Both the position numbers and the translations under genes were made by a program. 64,000 nucleotides of DNA from Fistulifera solaris. Its lineage: Eukaryota. The stretch is from positions 372,001 to 436,000 of the forward strand of contig AP026158.1 of NCBI GenBank assembly GCA_030295235.1, read 5' to 3'. Under the pieces are notes generated by a model. That model was given only the letters and a program-made list of their open reading frames with translations, searched no databases and had not been told where the DNA came from. This document shows positions 38,034-51,293 of the stretch, piece after piece; position 1 is the first letter of the stretch, and every line of letters begins with the position of its first letter.

Positions 38034-39941
38034 ATGCCATCGAAATCGTATCGCTGGTATGCGCTGAGTTTATGGGTCTTATTGAGTCGTCAATTATGGC
38101 GATCAATATGGTTTTCTACCAAAGAGGACAAGTCATCATCCGACTCGATGATGAACGAACGAATGACTCTGCCGTCGTTATTATCATTATTCCCCAGAGA
38201 ACCCAACCTGTCTGCTTCGTTTCTGAAAGATCCAAGTTCTTGGCCTACAGAGAGTATTTTCGAGAACGTTTCCGAGAACGTCAACCAGTATTCTGATGTA
38301 CCGGCCATTTGTATGGCGTTGCCGATCGGTCCGTCGGCGGCTTCCGTGTGGATCGAACAACAAGAACGCATCCTTCAAGCGACAGCCTTATTTGAAAATC
38401 ATCTTCCATGGATGCGACGGCTCTTTGTGACATTGACACCGGATGTGTTAGAACAAGGATTAATCGTATTGCCGTGGCTCGATCGACTCCGTACGACCTT
38501 TACTCCCTGGAAACGCCACGAAACATTGATCGTCGCCGTCATGGGTGGTAGTGTTGCAGAAGGACGTGGCTGTGAAGTATTGCCACGGGCTGAATTGAAA
38601 GAATATCGTAGTAACGCAACAGAACCAAAAGTTGATAGTCGTCAATGTACCTGGGTCCATCGTCTTCAATTATTGGCGGACGCCTTCGACCTACCCATCC
38701 AAATCTTCAATTTGGCGACCGGTGGGACGAATTCGTTCTTAGCGTTGCCCGTTTTGGAATATCAGCTTTATCATTCGGAACGATTGAAAGAAATGGGGGG
38801 ACCGCATGTTGTCATCAATGCCTATGCCCCGAACGATGCGTTGTACTCGTGGTCGTGGGATACTGCCATCAACAATGCGACGGCGCACTACGATCATTAT
38901 CATGAAACCTGGCAAGCCGCTTCGCAATTTGTTTCCGCGGCAGCCTCTTCGTGTCAACAGAATCCATTGGTGATCTTTGTGAATGATTATTACGGTAATC
39001 ATCACGATCGCTTGTTGGCGGAAGAGATTCGTCATGATGCGGTCCGACAAGTGGCGCAAGATTCAGGGAATATGTACGTGAGTCCGGTCATAGCGCTCCG
39101 TCCTTATGTATGGGGAAATACCCGGGAAACGCTGTTTTCACCACCGTGGTGGACGCGCAAACAAAAAGGAAAGCCGTTGGAACGGAAACGCGATGCGCAT
39201 TTTGGTATGCCGGGGCATATTGCGGTGACCTGGATGGTGGCGTATTCTTTGTTGCGCGTGGCGATCGAATACTGTGAACACGAACGACACGAACGTGGAA
39301 CCATGCGAACCACAGCTACTTTCAATGAGAATGATGTACCTTCAATCATAAATACGCCCCTATCGTTGCCCACGCTTTGGAATACGACATTCGTGGAGTG
39401 GCAAGAACGCCTGCAACAAAGTAAACTGCCCGTCCAACCGTGCTCGAAGAATGGTCCGTGTCTCTTTGCCTTTGTGGCCAATCCAGCCGGAACACATCGG
39501 TTACGTGGCAAACTCGCAAATTACATTGCAATCTACGAGGTATCGAATACGGGATGGCAAGCCGAAGACGATATTCGGAATGGATGGCAGAATAAGCTCG
39601 GTTTATGTGCCCATTCCGTCGGGGCAGAGCTGGTATTGGAATTTCGAAACATTACACAGCCGGTGAAAACCATTTCGTTACATTCCTTAAAAAGTTACGG
39701 TCCGGCGTGGGAAAACAGCGTGGCACAATTCAATGTAACAGTCCGCCACAGCAGCGCCATTGTTTACGAAACATCGTTTGAAATTACGGGCTTCCACAAT
39801 CAAACGACAAGCCTAACATATCCGTTTCAGTTGGAATTACCGTCCGGTGGAGCGACGCCGGGTACGGATCTTGAAATTCGAATGACATTAGTACAAGGAT
39901 CCAATTTCAAAATCACCTCACTTTTGTTGTGTGATCGATGA
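38034..39941 (+). CDS. SGNH/GDSL-hydrolase-like type II membrane protein
   Basis: N-terminal TM; VMGGSV (block I), NLATGGTNS (block II), INAYAPND (block III), DAHFG (His). Confidence 0.75.
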   Translation: MPSKSYRWYALSLWVLLSRQLWRSIWFSTKEDKSSSDSMMNERMTLPSLLSLFPREPNLSASFLKDPSSWPTESIFENVSENVNQYSDVPAICMALPIGPSAASVWIEQQERILQATALFENHLPWMRRLFVTLTPDVLEQGLIVLPWLDRLRTTFTPWKRHETLIVAVMGGSVAEGRGCEVLPRAELKEYRSNATEPKVDSRQCTWVHRLQLLADAFDLPIQIFNLATGGTNSFLALPVLEYQLYHSERLKEMGGPHVVINAYAPNDALYSWSWDTAINNATAHYDHYHETWQAASQFVSAAASSCQQNPLVIFVNDYYGNHHDRLLAEEIRHDAVRQVAQDSGNMYVSPVIALRPYVWGNTRETLFSPPWWTRKQKGKPLERKRDAHFGMPGHIAVTWMVAYSLLRVAIEYCEHERHERGTMRTTATFNENDVPSIINTPLSLPTLWNTTFVEWQERLQQSKLPVQPCSKNGPCLFAFVANPAGTHRLRGKLANYIAIYEVSNTGWQAEDDIRNGWQNKLGLCAHSVGAELVLEFRNITQPVKTISLHSLKSYGPAWENSVAQFNVTVRHSSAIVYETSFEITGFHNQTTSLTYPFQLELPSGGATPGTDLEIRMTLVQGSNFKITSLLLCDR

Positions 39942-40142
39942 TCCGCCAGAAGATGGTTTTCAAGTGATGTTCGTTGAAGACGTTTTCTATGCGGCAATAT
40001 AAGCATTGACAAAGCAGCAAGGAGACATAAGAAAGGCTATCAATTTGTCTTTTGTGCAAAATGAAAAGACCAACAACGTCGGCTCTCTTTGGGACGCGAG
40101 TCAAATCGTTACTCGCAATATTTTGGCCTGTGGAAATCGTAG

Positions 40143-40169
40143 TGGTGGTGGTGGTGGTGGTGGTGGTGG
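40143..40169 (+). repeat. (TGG)9 microsatellite
   Basis: Direct reading. Confidence 0.8.
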
Positions 40170-40882
40170 ATACGACAATGGTCCCAAAGTTTGTACCACC
40201 AAGTTGAGTGAGTCTCTCGGTTCTTGCACCGACAAAAGACGGTGAGAAACTACGAGAGACTTGCTCCACCGATGGATCCCGTTTATACGTTGGAAGAAAT
40301 ACTAAACTATGGCTCCGGAAACAACCGGTGTTCATTGGTATGTCGTATGTTACTTCGTCGGATTGTCAAGATCCGTACAAACACTTGGAATCCGGGTTGA
40401 GTCTCATCCCAACGACGAGTGGCGATATACCTCGTGAGATTGCTACATTTTGTGAATAAGATAGTACTCCGTATTCACAAATTCATTCATTCATTCATGA
40501 CATTGTAGTTGAGTGGAACATCCTTTACTTCTAAAAGAGACTGACGATAGTTTCGGCGATCTAAATTCCAAAGTGTACCTGCTAGCGGTGATTGTTTGTG
40601 AAGCAAAACATAAATTTCCGTCCCCCGACAAGGGATCCTAGACGTACTACATGGGGGATATAGTCGTCGTCCGTCCATCATCGTTGCAGCATAGGATTCT
40701 TGGTGGAACGACACACGACACGACCATGATGAACATGAGTTCGAATTACTGCGTTTTGCAAATCGATATTATGGTCTATTACTATTAATAACTCTTTCTT
40801 TCTTCGCAATACTATCTAACAAAAAGTAGACGCAAATTCAAGAGCACGATCGATTGTTTCCGAGATCAATTTTCACAAAACA

Positions 40883-43378
40883 ATGACGACGAACATGAAT
40901 ATTGACGAAAACGACAACGATGACTATGATTGTGATAATAACAACAACAACCCACCAAGCACTCCGTTTACATTGTTACAGACACGTCGTTTTGCTTCGT
41001 CTTCGACGATATTGAGGCTGTGTCCTTCGATGGATCTGTTATTCGTCTGGTCGGTGGCCTCTTTGACCCTTTATCGCAGCGTCACTTTTCAAAAACTCGT
41101 GACAATAACCACCAATGACACGGCGACGAATGAGGATACATCATCTACAATGGCACTCGCCGCTTGGCGTCCCGATGGACGATGGCTCGCGTGTGTGAGT
41201 CATTCCGGGCATGTTGTATTGCAGGATTTAGAAGTCATCTTGTCCGCATCATCACCGGTGGTGATGATATCGATGCAACCGCGCGATGATACCATGCCGC
41301 AACTACCCTTCACTTCCTTTGCGTTTCCATCGTCGTCGTCGTCGTCATCTTCCACCACGCAATTGCGGGTGTTGGTGTGGTATCATGTGGGAAAAGCGCA
41401 CGTGTTGTGGTCGAAACACGAAGATGATGATGAAGAGGAATGGTTGTATTCTTGGGGAAATTCCGAAGAATCGCTCTATTTACCGTATCACAAGAAGAAA
41501 GATACATTGACTTCGACGGTCCCGACATGGCATACGCCCCTCAGTCTGCTGGTAGCAATTTCTGAAGATGCGGGGATCTATCAATGGCATGGGTGCCTAC
41601 ATGGATGTTATCCTATTTTGAAGCAAATACCGATTCTTTCGGCTCTACGAGGAGAGGATGTTCGTGTCGTGACTTCCACCAATCTGACGCAACTTGCGAT
41701 CAGTGTGCTTTCACCACAAGAAACCATCATTACTCTGTATTCCATTCCTTCGCTGCATCAACATCGTCAAGTTTTACAAACCATCAGTGCCTTGTATGCG
41801 AGTACCACCACATGTCTCCTTCGGTTGCAGGAAGCCTTACCGGAAATTATGGGAGCGTGGAAATCATCGCTCAAACCCCTCGATATGAAATTACAAGGAT
41901 TGGTGCGTTTGTTGGAAAATTATGGTTTGTTCGAGGCAACAACACTCCGACAATTGCTCGTGCAGTACATCTTGTCGGGGCATACCCGCGCCGCACCGAA
42001 CTTATCCAATGCCATGGATCAGTTCTTTACCGGTGTGCAAATGAACGATCAACTCATTCAACGATTGGAGGCTTCGCTCACTGTGGCTGTGGCCAATGTG
42101 GAATCCCAATGTCGGGAACATTTGTTGGAACCGGCACAAGCCTGTGTTCATCAGTTTTCGACCTTGCACGGATTAGCACGACAAATTGCCGCAGATCCCT
42201 TATTGAATGACGAGGATGGGCTGTTATTGTCGGCCAAGCATTCGTTGCGTTGCTTGCAACAGGCCGAGCTGCTGTTGTTGACGGTCGAACGCACTCTGGT
42301 GCAGTTATTGGAAGCGCGGATCCGTTTGCGAGATTGGGTGGCCTGGCTGCGCGCCGTCGGTGCTCAAATCAAGGCACGCGGAACGGCACCTCAATCGGCG
42401 CGACACGAAAATGCCCGCAAGCGTCGTGTTCCCGATGCGGTAGTACAACGATTGTTACGCTACTTGCGTGAGTCGAGTGGTGACGAAGCGAGCGACCACA
42501 CGACGGAATCGATTTTACACTTGCAATTTGCGCAGTTGCTCCAAGAAATTGGTTCGGACGATGGTACGACCACCAGCATGACGCTTCCGCAGTGCTTTAC
42601 AGCCGTGCAGACTTCTGCTGAAGCTTTGTTTGCTGGTCCACCACAATGTATTACACAGCAAATGCAGACAAAGCAATTGTTTTTTGGCGGTTCATCAACT
42701 ACGCAACCTATGGCAATGATTATTCGAATGGGCCAAGGGAATGCAGCTACCAATGAAGGACTGTATTGCCCCGCGCCAGATGCTGCTCGTTTCCGGCAAT
42801 GGCTCCTTGTAGCTCGGGCTGCGGATGAGAAAAGTTGTGTGGACTTGTATGCCATTCCCCTGTCTTGGAATGGCCAAAACAGTGTCGATTTTCCGCAAAC
42901 ATGGACGTCGCGGTTTCATTTAGATGGTTGTGATGAAATCCTTGCAGCTGAATTCTATTCGGACGATGGAAAGAGCAATTTATCGGGCGAGTCAATTGGA
43001 AAGGAAGGAAATCGGCAATCTTTGGTGGTGTTGATGCGAGTGGGAAACGATGTCCAATTATCGGTTGTTCGTTACGATGCCCTTGAGCTGACGAAGCAAC
43101 CCCTTAAGCCAAAGGAGTCAAATTGGGTTTTGCCGCAGCCGATCAGCACCATACAGGTACAATTCAACAGCCCTAGTTTCGACGAGGACGGGGTTACGTA
43201 TGCTAAAACACGTACCGTGTCAAGCTATAATGGTCGAGCCTGTTTGGTGCTGAGTGGCTCGAGAGGTATGGCGGCAGTAGAGTGTCCGCAGGATCCAGAG
43301 GTACAGGGAGTTGTCTGGAACTTGTTCGATTTAGAAGAGGATGAAGAAGAAGCCGGCGAAGAATCATTGGAAGAGTGA
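40883..43378 (+). CDS. APC4: Anaphase-promoting complex subunit 4
   Basis: CPSMDL...LYR...QKL and AWRPDG.WLA WD40 start, central helical region (L.DW..WL), C-terminal LSGSRG.A and LFDLEEDEEE; 831-aa intact ORF. Confidence 0.8.
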   Translation: MTTNMNIDENDNDDYDCDNNNNNPPSTPFTLLQTRRFASSSTILRLCPSMDLLFVWSVASLTLYRSVTFQKLVTITTNDTATNEDTSSTMALAAWRPDGRWLACVSHSGHVVLQDLEVILSASSPVVMISMQPRDDTMPQLPFTSFAFPSSSSSSSSTTQLRVLVWYHVGKAHVLWSKHEDDDEEEWLYSWGNSEESLYLPYHKKKDTLTSTVPTWHTPLSLLVAISEDAGIYQWHGCLHGCYPILKQIPILSALRGEDVRVVTSTNLTQLAISVLSPQETIITLYSIPSLHQHRQVLQTISALYASTTTCLLRLQEALPEIMGAWKSSLKPLDMKLQGLVRLLENYGLFEATTLRQLLVQYILSGHTRAAPNLSNAMDQFFTGVQMNDQLIQRLEASLTVAVANVESQCREHLLEPAQACVHQFSTLHGLARQIAADPLLNDEDGLLLSAKHSLRCLQQAELLLLTVERTLVQLLEARIRLRDWVAWLRAVGAQIKARGTAPQSARHENARKRRVPDAVVQRLLRYLRESSGDEASDHTTESILHLQFAQLLQEIGSDDGTTTSMTLPQCFTAVQTSAEALFAGPPQCITQQMQTKQLFFGGSSTTQPMAMIIRMGQGNAATNEGLYCPAPDAARFRQWLLVARAADEKSCVDLYAIPLSWNGQNSVDFPQTWTSRFHLDGCDEILAAEFYSDDGKSNLSGESIGKEGNRQSLVVLMRVGNDVQLSVVRYDALELTKQPLKPKESNWVLPQPISTIQVQFNSPSFDEDGVTYAKTRTVSSYNGRACLVLSGSRGMAAVECPQDPEVQGVVWNLFDLEEDEEEAGEESLEE

Positions 43379-43684
43379 AGCCGCTAATCAACTGTATCTA
43401 GGGAGTCGACCTTTTATCAATCTCAGACAATCCACGATATCTGAAACGACGCTTTTAAAAGATTGTGTGAAACATGTCCCGATGTTAGTGCAGCATAAAT
43501 CTTTCGTATGTCACACCGGCTCGCTCGTTGCGTGTCAATGATAACGAAACGCATCGAATGGGAAAGCGAAGCCCAATTTATTTCTGCGAATCAAATGAAG
43601 AGAACCCCCGAGACCTCAACCTTCTTCGCCATCCATCACAGTTCAAAAATACAAATACTGAGAAAAAAGTAATAATATCATATC

Positions 43685-44850
43685 ATGATTAATATTACAA
43701 AGACAATACGTAAAACAATCAGCTTCCCGCCTCATCGGGCATACGCTTCGTGGTGTCGCTTAGGATTGCAAAATAGCCCGCTTGTGCAAGATGCTCTTGC
43801 AAAGCAGCAACATTTGTCCCATCTAACACGAACCATCGATCATCCTCACGAGCGGAATGCACTGGCATCGTTGCATCACGCGTACGAGACCTGTAATGAT
43901 AGTCGACACGGTAGCTTTGTGTCACAAGCTGTGCTGGCACTGACAGCCGAAGTGCAAGTCATGCGTGGCGAGTCACCTGTCCAGACTCTTGAGCAACTGA
44001 AAGAAATGCAGCTGCACGATGGATCTTGTGATCATTTTAACAAATCGTTGACAAAGCTTGCACTCGCGAAAGTCAATTGGATGGAAGGAGACTTTTTCCC
44101 GGCTGCTGCGCTTTGTCGAGAATTAATCGAGGATGATGTGCCAGCCGTGTCGGCGGCGGCGCGCAATGGTCATGCCCTTTGTATGCTGATGATTGCCAGT
44201 ACCTTGGAGGATCTGAATAACGCGCTTGACCCTGTTCGACGGAATGACTGGAGTTCATTACCTCTGGCGCAACTGAATTTCGGGGCCGCCGAAGTCATCT
44301 ACGGAGACGTTTGGCATGCAAGCAGCCCAGAAAATGATCGACCTCTAGAACCAGCTCTGAGACAATGGAAGCAAGGATTGAGTTGGTTTGAAGAGAACCC
44401 CTAGAAGAGGGTGTAGCTTTAATATTACAAAGTCAACTGAATACAAACATGGCATGGGGGCTGTTGCAATTGGGAGATATCGAACAAGCGTCGACGTTTG
44501 CCGAGGAAAGCTTGAATCTACTGCAGCACCAACAACCATCGATTCCATTAACACTTCCATTAACGTTGCTTGCCCGCTGTCGTAACAAGTCAGAATCTTT
44601 TCAGAAGGCAGAAGAACTGCTTCAATTAGCTATTTCGTCGACAGCAAGAACCCTGTCTGAGAAATTACAGATGCTCTACGCGTTAAGAACGTATGCAGCA
44701 CTTTGGAAAATCAGGGACAAGTGCGACGGAGATCCAAAGCAACTAGCAGCTCAAGCTCGGCAGATCGCCTTACCGGAGCCCTGGAAGCACAAAAGTTCGT
44801 ATGTTTACACAAGTTTGTGGTTCTGGACACCATATGAAATGAATATGTAG
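43685..44850 (+). CDS. Helical/TPR-like hypothetical protein, possible mitochondrial presequence; 1-nt deletion in C-run at ~44400
   Basis: Two abutting ORFs join if CCCC is read as CCCCC (ENP-LEEGVALILQSQLNTNMAWGLL). Confidence 0.65.
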
Positions 44851-44888
44851 TTCTCACGTAGCTGAAGAGCGGATACTCGCAGTTACGA

Positions 44889-47800
44889 TCAATTCAATGG
44901 TGTCAAGAAGGGAAGAGGGACCAGCACTGTATCCATCAACTGGACTCGATGCTGGTTTCTCATATCGCTAAAAGTATTCGACCGTTCAAGTGGCAATTGA
45001 AAGTCCATGTGAGCTTCTCGAACACGCTCGTCGCATAAATAGGGAGTCGAGTCTGCTTGAAATTCATGAAAAGGACTCTCCTTGTCTACATTTTGATAGT
45101 TTTTTACTTTCCATAAGCTCTGTAGAACAGCGTAACAGATTTGGCGTCTGCGTTCTCGCCAATTCAAAAATGTCTTTTGAATCAGGAAAGCTGCTTTGTG
45201 CCGCTGGACGAGTCGATCGTCCACTAAAATTTCGACCCGTATTCTTTGACCAGAGAGTTGTTCCACAATTCGAACATTCCAGCCCGCGGACCGCGAAACA
45301 TGTCGTTTACGTTCTTTCTTGGAGCCAATGCGGATTACTTTGTATTCGCAGCGCGCTTGGTAACCTCGATAAAGCCGTTGAATCATGACGCAGCAAGCTG
45401 ATTCCACTGATCGAAACGCCCGAGTCAATCGTGATGACTGTGCAGCGGAAGAAAAATGTTGACCAGAGCAGAGTAACGCTAGTTTTAAACCCATGCTTTG
45501 CCTTACTAGTCCTATTAGGACAAGGGCTGGGATGTTAAGCATACGCTCTTCGACACGTAGTCGTAACAGTGTAACCACGGATTCCAATATAAAAATCATT
45601 GCGTCGAATTTCCAATCCTTGTACTGTTTCGACACCGTGCTAGAGAGCATATCGCATGGTAAGTTTTGGCGTCGCTCCTCAAAGTGTCGATGTGCTTTTT
45701 GTAGACCAAAAGTTACGGTGGTGTCGTCAAGGAAGCGATTGCGGTCAAAGAAATTGCGTAAAAGGGTCTGTATTTGTAATACATATCTTAAAAGACGATT
45801 CTCTTCGGTCTTTCGAAGACTTAAAATGATTCGTCTGCACAAGATACCCCGAATATATCTTTGCAAGGTAAGAGCAGATGTTGTACGATACTGAGAAGAC
45901 AGACGAAACTTTCGCTGGAAAAGTACTATTGCCTTTCGAAACGGCTTGTAATAAGCACAGCATTGATATCCACGGAACGAGCTCTGTATCCTAATAGCCG
46001 CAACTGTGTATTCCAAAAAGAAATGACACGAGTGTGGGGCAACCGCACAGGTGACCTTTCGGATATTGTTAGTGGACATTTCGTCGTTCTATAATATGCT
46101 CGCCATTGACGCTGTATCACAGATGCTGCCATTTTCCGAATCTCGATTTCAGCCAAGTTATTGTTGAACTTGTTCCGTTCAATCCAGCCACGAAGGTGTG
46201 ACTGAAGCTTAATCGACGATAACTTGGCTTTTTTGACACATTGACGGGCAAGCAAGGCTCGTGTATGTGATTGGATGTGAAGAACAGCAGTGCGTCTCAT
46301 GGAGGCTTCTCGAACGGCTAGGCACTTGCGTGCAACGGCTTGCATTTTTGTTGCTCGTTCCTGTTGGGCGTCACGCCGATGCTTCTGGAGCTTGCGACTT
46401 GTTACCACCCCACGTGCCCAAGACTGTAAAAGTATAATTGCAGTGCGGAATAATTTGCATCTCTGCCTTACAAGCCATCTTCGTGCGCATGCTTGAATAA
46501 GTATCACAGTCTGGTTGAGCTCGTATTTTATACAAATGAAGTACGAGCGGATCAACCATGCGCGCACATGAGATTGAAGTACAATTAAAGATTCCCGCAT
46601 GGTAATGTAACGTTGTCTGATTGACACACGGCGCAAAAGAGTTTGAATACGAACTGCGGCTTTATTGATCTTGATTTGATAAAGAGCGCTTCTGTTCCGG
46701 CTCTGAATGATAAACTTACGGACGACCGACTGAAGAACAAGAAGAGACGTCTTAACCAAGTTATAGCGATGCACAGCGAGCCAGGTGCGAACTCTCGCTT
46801 GTATGTTTGTAGCAGCATTTTTGGAAATAGCGAGTTGGTAGCGGGGTTTGAATCCTCGATAAATTGACTGAATCAACAAAGCAGCCACACGTGACGAAAT
46901 AAAAGAGTTCTGTGCCAACATTTGACGGCACGATTTCTGGAGCAGGATTGCCGATTCATGTCGAAGTTGTCGCTGCGGGGAACACATCCACATGCGAAAC
47001 ATGGACTGGATCAATAGTGCAGCATGATAACGACGCCACCATGTTTGAACTGTGATCGCCGCCCACCACAAAAGAGAAAAAGTCGCGTGCTGACTGCCAG
47101 CCTCGATAAGTAGCCTGTATGGTTGTTGCAGCAGATTTTGCTCGTTTAAAGTTATTTCGAGAAAGGAACCCCCTTATGATGGCTTGGAGCCAGACACTTA
47201 ATATCTGCAGATTGTGAAGGTGGTGCTGAATCGGAATCATACGCCACCAGCATTGCAAGCGAAGTGCGTGGCGTTCAATCTCATTCAAGTTGAACTGATT
47301 TTGAACACAAAGCGTGCGCCAGTAAATTTGCCAGCGATATGTTTCAGGGAAGGACATGATGATATCGTGTCGACACAATATTCTTTGAAGTGCACCAGCC
47401 TGTAGCAAATCGAAGTTATGTCGTACTAGGTACCCGCGTACGACCCGTTGAATTTGTGTACAAGCCGTGTTTGATCGATGAAACCCAGCGACCAGAAGAC
47501 TCTGAAACTGCAAGAAGCCAGGAGGTGCCGTAGCAAGCCAACGTTGAATCATGTACATTCTTACACAGGACTGGATCGAAATTGCGCTCAAACGCCAAAG
47601 CTGAAATGTTTGCACGGCGTGAAAGGAACGCCAATGGCTCTGAATAATAACGGCTGCGGACAACCATATTCGATATTTCTTGATTTTTTGTCGCATCAAG
47701 TAGCCCCTTACGACACGTTGAATATCAATCGACGCAGCTTTAAAACAATCAAAGCCAGCGGCAAGGGCACCTTGATAGTGTCGAAAAGCAGGCGTTGTAA

Positions 47801-49810
47801 GGATGATGCGAGGGATCGAATGGCGCACGAGGTAGCCGCGGATTTGTGACTGAATGATGGTGATACACGCTCTCAAACATTCAAACATTTCGATAGCTTG
47901 ATAGCGACGCCATCTGGATTGAATCATAACCGCTGACAATTGCTGCCTCTCGAGTTTTAGCAAACTCATAACTTTGGCAGCAGCACGTCGACGCCACTGT
48001 GCCTGAAGAAATGTTGCGGCTAAGTCCTGGTGCTCTTTCACCATTTGTTTCAAGACATCCATTAATCGAATGCCAGCGTATCGTCGCCAGCATGCTTGAA
48101 CTTTCACCGCTGCTTTCTCCTGACATTGTCGTTTCAAGGACTGCACCATACAATAGACTCGACTGGCAAGGTACCTTCGCCACTGCGACTGAATGACACT
48201 GGCTGATCGTTCTCTATTGTGAACGTGGAGGTGCTGGATCATATCGTATCGTTTTAGCGCTAGATACGCACGACATTTCGTCTGAATGATTACAGCAGCC
48301 CGTTCCTGACTCTGCTGATGCATCCGCACCACCAGTTGATACATTCGAACGGCCAGATAACGTCGCCATTGGGTTTGAATCAGTACGATCGCGGGTCGTT
48401 GGTTTTGCAAAAGCACTTGCTTCCACAAGGTATACCGTTCGATTGCCATGACGCGACGCCAGCTGGTTTGAATACAAACAGCTCCCGCATATTGTATCCT
48501 CAGTCTTTCTTGATTCATTTGTAGAGTATGCTGCCATGACTTCCGCACCAAATAACCTCGCATTTGCGCTTGCAGCATGATGGAACAGGCTCGTAAACTT
48601 TCCAACATTCCCATGGCTTGATAACGACGCCATTGCGTTTGGATCAATATCGACGCCGTCCGCCGCGACCGCAGTACGGCACGTTTCTGCACCAACAAAT
48701 CGCGCTGGACCATGACACGTTTGTATTGCAACAGCAATCGACGCTGTTGCAACAGATGGTAATAATCGGCAATTTTACGCCGTATCAAAAACATGCGAAT
48801 GACTGACTGAATGACAATGACACTGACCCGCAACCACCCAAACGATTGTCGGACTTTGTATCCTCGGTAGTGTGTTTGGATCGTACGGGCCGCGCGATGC
48901 CATTCCGATTGTCGAACAAATCGTTGAATAGTGAGGACTGCCCATAACAGTGTACGATAATCGCGTTCTAGTATGGTCATTCTCCACCAAGATTGAATTG
49001 TGTGGATGGCGTTTTGCTGTTGTTGCACCGAAGTGGTCGATCCGGAGGAAAACGAAGAAGCCTCGGGAGTCCTTGGGTCGGACAAGTAATGAGCACCTGT
49101 CTTGATAGGTATCAACTTATCATGACAGACATCTTTCCTTGTATTTGATCGACGAGAATATGCCCTCCACCATGTTTGAATGCGGATTGCGGCGGAATAT
49201 TGCTGATAACGTGTATTCGGGGATCGTCGTCGGGGCGTCGCTTGTAACACTTTTGTGTTTGGCTTGCGCTGATAAAAAGAAGAAGGAGTAGAAGTCGCTG
49301 TTCGTATCATAGGCGTTAAAGCGGACTTGGCATGTTCAATGCGATGCGAGACGGATGCCTCCAAGGCAACAATGGTCTTCCAATCATCCGATGATGGTCG
49401 CCGCGTACCCTGGCCACCCGCTGTTGCCGCCTGCCGTTCGTCTTCTTTTTGTCGTTCCTCGTTCCATGGCATCCGCTCCAGTTCCATTTTGTAGACGGCG
49501 TGTTGATAGAGACGATCATACACAACAGGATCTTTTTGCAAACGATTCCATCGTGTACTACTCATACGACGTGTCACACTTTCGTGCGGCGTGCCGAGAA
49601 TTTGGATGCAATTTTCTTCAAAGGCATCGTTCGTAGCTAAACTACTATTCACACTGATAATTTCATCTTCATTCTCTTCCTCTTTTTCGTCGTTTCTTCG
49701 TCGTCAGGTTGCGGAAGAGACGTCCTTTGATAGGAAGTATGCGACGCGGTCGGTAAGGTTCGCTTGCTCTGTTTATCTTCTGTTTGCGCCGAACGGAGCG
49801 AAGCATCCAT
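44889..49810 (-). CDS. Very large IQ-motif calmodulin-binding protein (ASPM-like IQ array); frameshifts near 49690, 47075 and 46000
   Basis: Dozens of IQxxxRxxxxR motifs across three consecutive ORFs; no CH domain recognised, so ASPM orthology is not established. Confidence 0.8.
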
Positions 49811-51035
49811 GATTTTATCGCTTAAACTTGTTATTATTGATGTTTGTCAGACATGTCACTTCAGATTAACTCTTTCATTCTTCTAATACAGGATGATTTA
49901 TTTGACTTGCATCGCAAAAAAAATATGCAAGCATGTCGTTTCCTGCTCTCATCCATTATTATTATTTTATCGCGTATCGCGTCCGCCCAGGTGCGTCCGG
50001 TCGTGTGTCCGTTACCAGGCAATGGAAAAGTGACGTGTAAAAACGCCATACAAATCGCATTCATGACTAAATGAATGCAGTCGTGACGAAAAGTCGTCTT
50101 CTCTTTGGGTCTATAGTCGCTCTCGCAGTATCCGTTGGGCGCGTCCTCCCACCCACTCGACACTAGAGGTTAATGTGTCTTACGGAGGCGCGAAATATCA
50201 AACACCAAACGCGCGACGACTTCTCGAGGAACAACCCAAAGCAGCAAACATAGTCTCATGAGTAGGTACCTTGAATTAGTCAATTGGTCTTTGTTTATAG
50301 CTGCGGATTAATGATCATGGTAATCCACACACTGCAACGACCCATTTTCGCCTCTCCTTTGACTAAAGTCCAAACTGTCCACGACCGGATTAAGTCATGA
50401 GTACGGCCGGTTCGTTCCTGTTTCTGTCATCCACTCGATAACAGATTGACTGCTGAAAGTAAGATTTTCATGTTTGCAGACTGGTTTACAATATAGAAAT
50501 TGAATTTGCGGACAGGAATGGCGCATGAATGGCCTCGTGACCTCATTTTGCTCCAAATTGATCTAAAGTGAAAACAAGTTAGTCGTGAGAATGGCGGCCG
50601 TGATTCATTTCCTTTTGCTGTTCGTCATACACTCGATAGCATAAGAATTGCAGAAAAACTAGCAATTTCATCAAGAAACTCAACGTGAAAAGTCTAAACT
50701 TTGTCAGAGACCGAAATTGACAGTATTGATTCATGACTGAAATCCCAGTCTTTAGTACTTTCTGAGAACCATACAAATAGCGGAGTAGGTACCCGGATGT
50801 CCCCGCGAAACTTCAATACTCAAACAATCAATGAACCAAGCTCATCATTGACGAGACTCCTTTCTAGCAAATGAAGCGTTAAGTATGAATAGCAATTCAC
50901 TATTATAACCTTTAACGTTTGATAAATTTATTCATTGTGTACAGTGGCGAATTTCAAAATTGTCGATGGAGCGATGTTAGCTTGCTGAGATGTGATTTTC
51001 TCTTTGGTTCAGTGTGCGAATTTTGTTTGATAGAA

Positions 51036-51293
51036 TCAAGATCGACGAGGCATGGAAGGAGAAGAGTCATGAGAAGCAGAGGATTCACTCAAGTCCGCAC
51101 TCCATCGTCGCTCGGCTGCTGACCCGACCTTGATTTCCTCTTGCATTGAACAACAGCTGATGTCGTCCGAGTCCTCCAAGGCGTCGGCGTAAATGAAAAT
51201 GATTCGGGGCGGGAATAATGAGTTGGTCAAGGACGTGCGAGGAGAAGAAGGGAACATGGTGGAATTCTTGTGGCGAGGAGAAGATGGGAACAT
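51036..51293 (-). CDS. Small hypothetical protein (85 aa) with duplicated STMFPSSPR and RRW...DSSPSMPRR motif
   Basis: 36-nt-period tandem duplication at the N-terminus; DDIS acidic motif; C-terminal motif similar to ORF 29206-29604. Confidence 0.55.
   Translation of the reverse strand: MFPSSPRHKNSTMFPSSPRTSLTNSLFPPRIIFIYADALEDSDDISCCSMQEEIKVGSAAERRWSADLSESSASHDSSPSMPRRS

Noticed and set aside
39940..40740. Gene between the SGNH-like gene and APC4
   Set aside because: Short ORFs on both strands around a (TGG)n tract, with stops and no recognisable motif; may be a remnant but cannot be supported.
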